Assembly: GCA_964270895.1 (NCBI GenBank)
Contig: OZ185444.1
Reading direction: 5' to 3' (one strand)
Length of the DNA: 64,000 nucleotides
Source: Podarcis filfolensis
Taxonomy: Eukaryota
The notes under the pieces were generated by a model. It made no database searches. It worked only from the letters and a program-made list of their open reading frames with translations, and had not been told where the DNA came from. Of the stretch, positions 62,313 through 64,000 are shown piece by piece (position 1 is the stretch's first letter; each line of letters begins with the position of its first letter). The translations under genes were made by a program, and so were the position numbers.

Positions 62313-64000
62313 GTGTGGTACCTTGAGGGGTGATTAACTTTCTTTTCCCCACAAGGGTAGAGTTTTCCCACCCTTCCATTTGCCTAGTTGTGCCTAGTTG
62401 TGTATGTGGCTGAGAAGCAAGGCTTGCTGGAAGCCATCTAGTGAGTTGATGTGTAGGAGGGAATTCTCTTGGCACTTAGATGCACTTTTGAGGATATGTT
62501 ACTTGAACATGTGCAAGCTTGTATTCCATTCTACTTCACCCCCAAGAGATAAAAAACTGTCTAAAAGGAAACAGGTTGTCAAGAATAATGAATAGCACAC
62601 TAATAATAACTTAATTTTCTGTAGACGACCATGCCACCAGTTGTTTTGTGGGTGTGGTTTTGCATTTTGCTCTTAAGGTATATACCACCTTAACTGGACA
62701 AAGTGGAAGTTCCCCAGATCAAAACTATCCTGAACTCTTTTAGAAAGCGTTAACGTAGAGCTTTTTAAAATAGAGGTCAATCTTAATTACCCTTTCACAT
62801 ATATTTTTGTGTCTTTTACTTAGTAAGCATTTATGTTGCCAAATGTTCTTGGAAGAATCTGGAGCTATTGTAATGTATAGTAACTGTCCTTATTGACTGA
62901 ATGCCTGATATTTTCACAGGACACAGTGTACTTGAACAGTGAAATTTATGTTTTTGACAACTTTATTAGATTTCCATCCATTGCCTATCAGATTTATTTT
63001 TAGGAATATTAGAGTGCCGTATCGGTGTGAGAGAGCCATCTACATCAAACCTTTATCATCCTATGTATTTTCCTTGGAGAGGGAAAACAGGGTGTAATAT
63101 GAGCAGATTTTCTCTAGCAGCCTTCAAACACTGTTTAGCATCGGTGGCACTAAAATGTTTGACTTTGCACATCTTCTTTTTAAGTTCCATATAATGCAGG
63201 ATTATGTTAGGCTTTTAGTACTGTGTAGTGGCTCTAAATAAGATGGAAATTCTGATAGGAAAAATGATTTTGTATAATAAATCAGTAGGTCTGTTCTCAG
63301 TATAACTTAGTTGGATATTGCCCATTATCACAGTTCAGTGATACATCCCAACTAGGCAAAAATACTCCAGGAGGGTGGGGAAAGTGCTGTAGGAGCCAAA
63401 TAGAGACAGCCTAGAGCCTGAGGTTCCCATCTCCTGCTTTACAGTTTTTGCAGCCAGTTTGTTTCACAAGCCATTTGCAGCCACTGGTTAACCTACCATT
63501 TTCAGGATTTTATTTATTTATTAATTAATTACATTTCCTGTGTGAGGTGTTGCTTCCTTGTAAGTCTGCTCCTTAACCTTACACAGGATCTTGAATGAAA
63601 AGAAGGAGATTCATAAATTATTTCAGTACAATAAAAATAATTGAGAATGCTTTGTTTCCAAAAGCTCAAAATATCAAGGGAAGTATTTTATCTTTGACTT
63701 TTTAAATAAAAAAGCAGCTTTAGGAATCCCACCTGGGACTAAGGCTCTATAGGTTTGTCAGAGCTTTCTCCTTCGGCATCAGTCATTAATAGGTCATCAT
63801 CAGGCTTAATAACTTTGATTTAACCCGGTAGCACAGAAGCCCTCGGTTTTGTATCACAATAGCCATTGTTGAAAGCAGAGGTAGCTATTAGGTTGACTTT
63901 TCCAGTTTCCAAGATATCTTTATAGTTCTGCCCTGTAGCAACTCTCCTTACAGAGTATCCAACCATCAGTTTGTCAGGAATAGCCTTACCTGACACTTCT

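Noticed and set aside
57800-64000. Search for the next MRTFA exon (VLQLKLQQRRTREELVSQGIMP)
   Set aside because: Not found by eye; presumably beyond the window, as the corresponding mammalian intron is long

Overview
Vertebrate genomic DNA, most likely a lacertid lizard (Podarcis-like, inferred from Sauria/Squam-type SINEs and squamate MITEs). Three genes lie on the + strand. (1) The last six coding exons of ST13 (Hsc70-interacting protein, Hip), 1075-11026. (2) A complete nine-exon SLC25A17 (peroxisomal carrier PMP34, 924 nt CDS = 307 aa), 14217-25269. (3) The 5' part of MRTFA (MKL1/MAL): CpG-island promoter and non-coding exon 1 (to 32076), a putative 54-nt exon 2 (44559-44612), exon 3 with a non-AUG (GTG/CTG) start (51544-51805) and the alternative first coding exon of the short isoform (MILLEPETILMAVQS, 57677-57722). 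Introns hold a full-length but dead Tigger/pogo transposon with TIRs, TA-flanked Tc1/mariner-type MITEs, a putative solo LTR, L2/CR1/RTE/Rex1/L1 LINE fragments and SINEs. The most interesting points are the two-uORF plus GUG translation architecture of long MRTFA, the absence of MCHR1 from its mammalian syntenic slot, a CpG-rich LTR-like insert 60 bp from MRTFA exon 2, and recursive-splice-like junctions. Almost all ORFs in the supplied track are spurious. Family and orthology calls come from recalled consensus or protein sequences; no database search was run.
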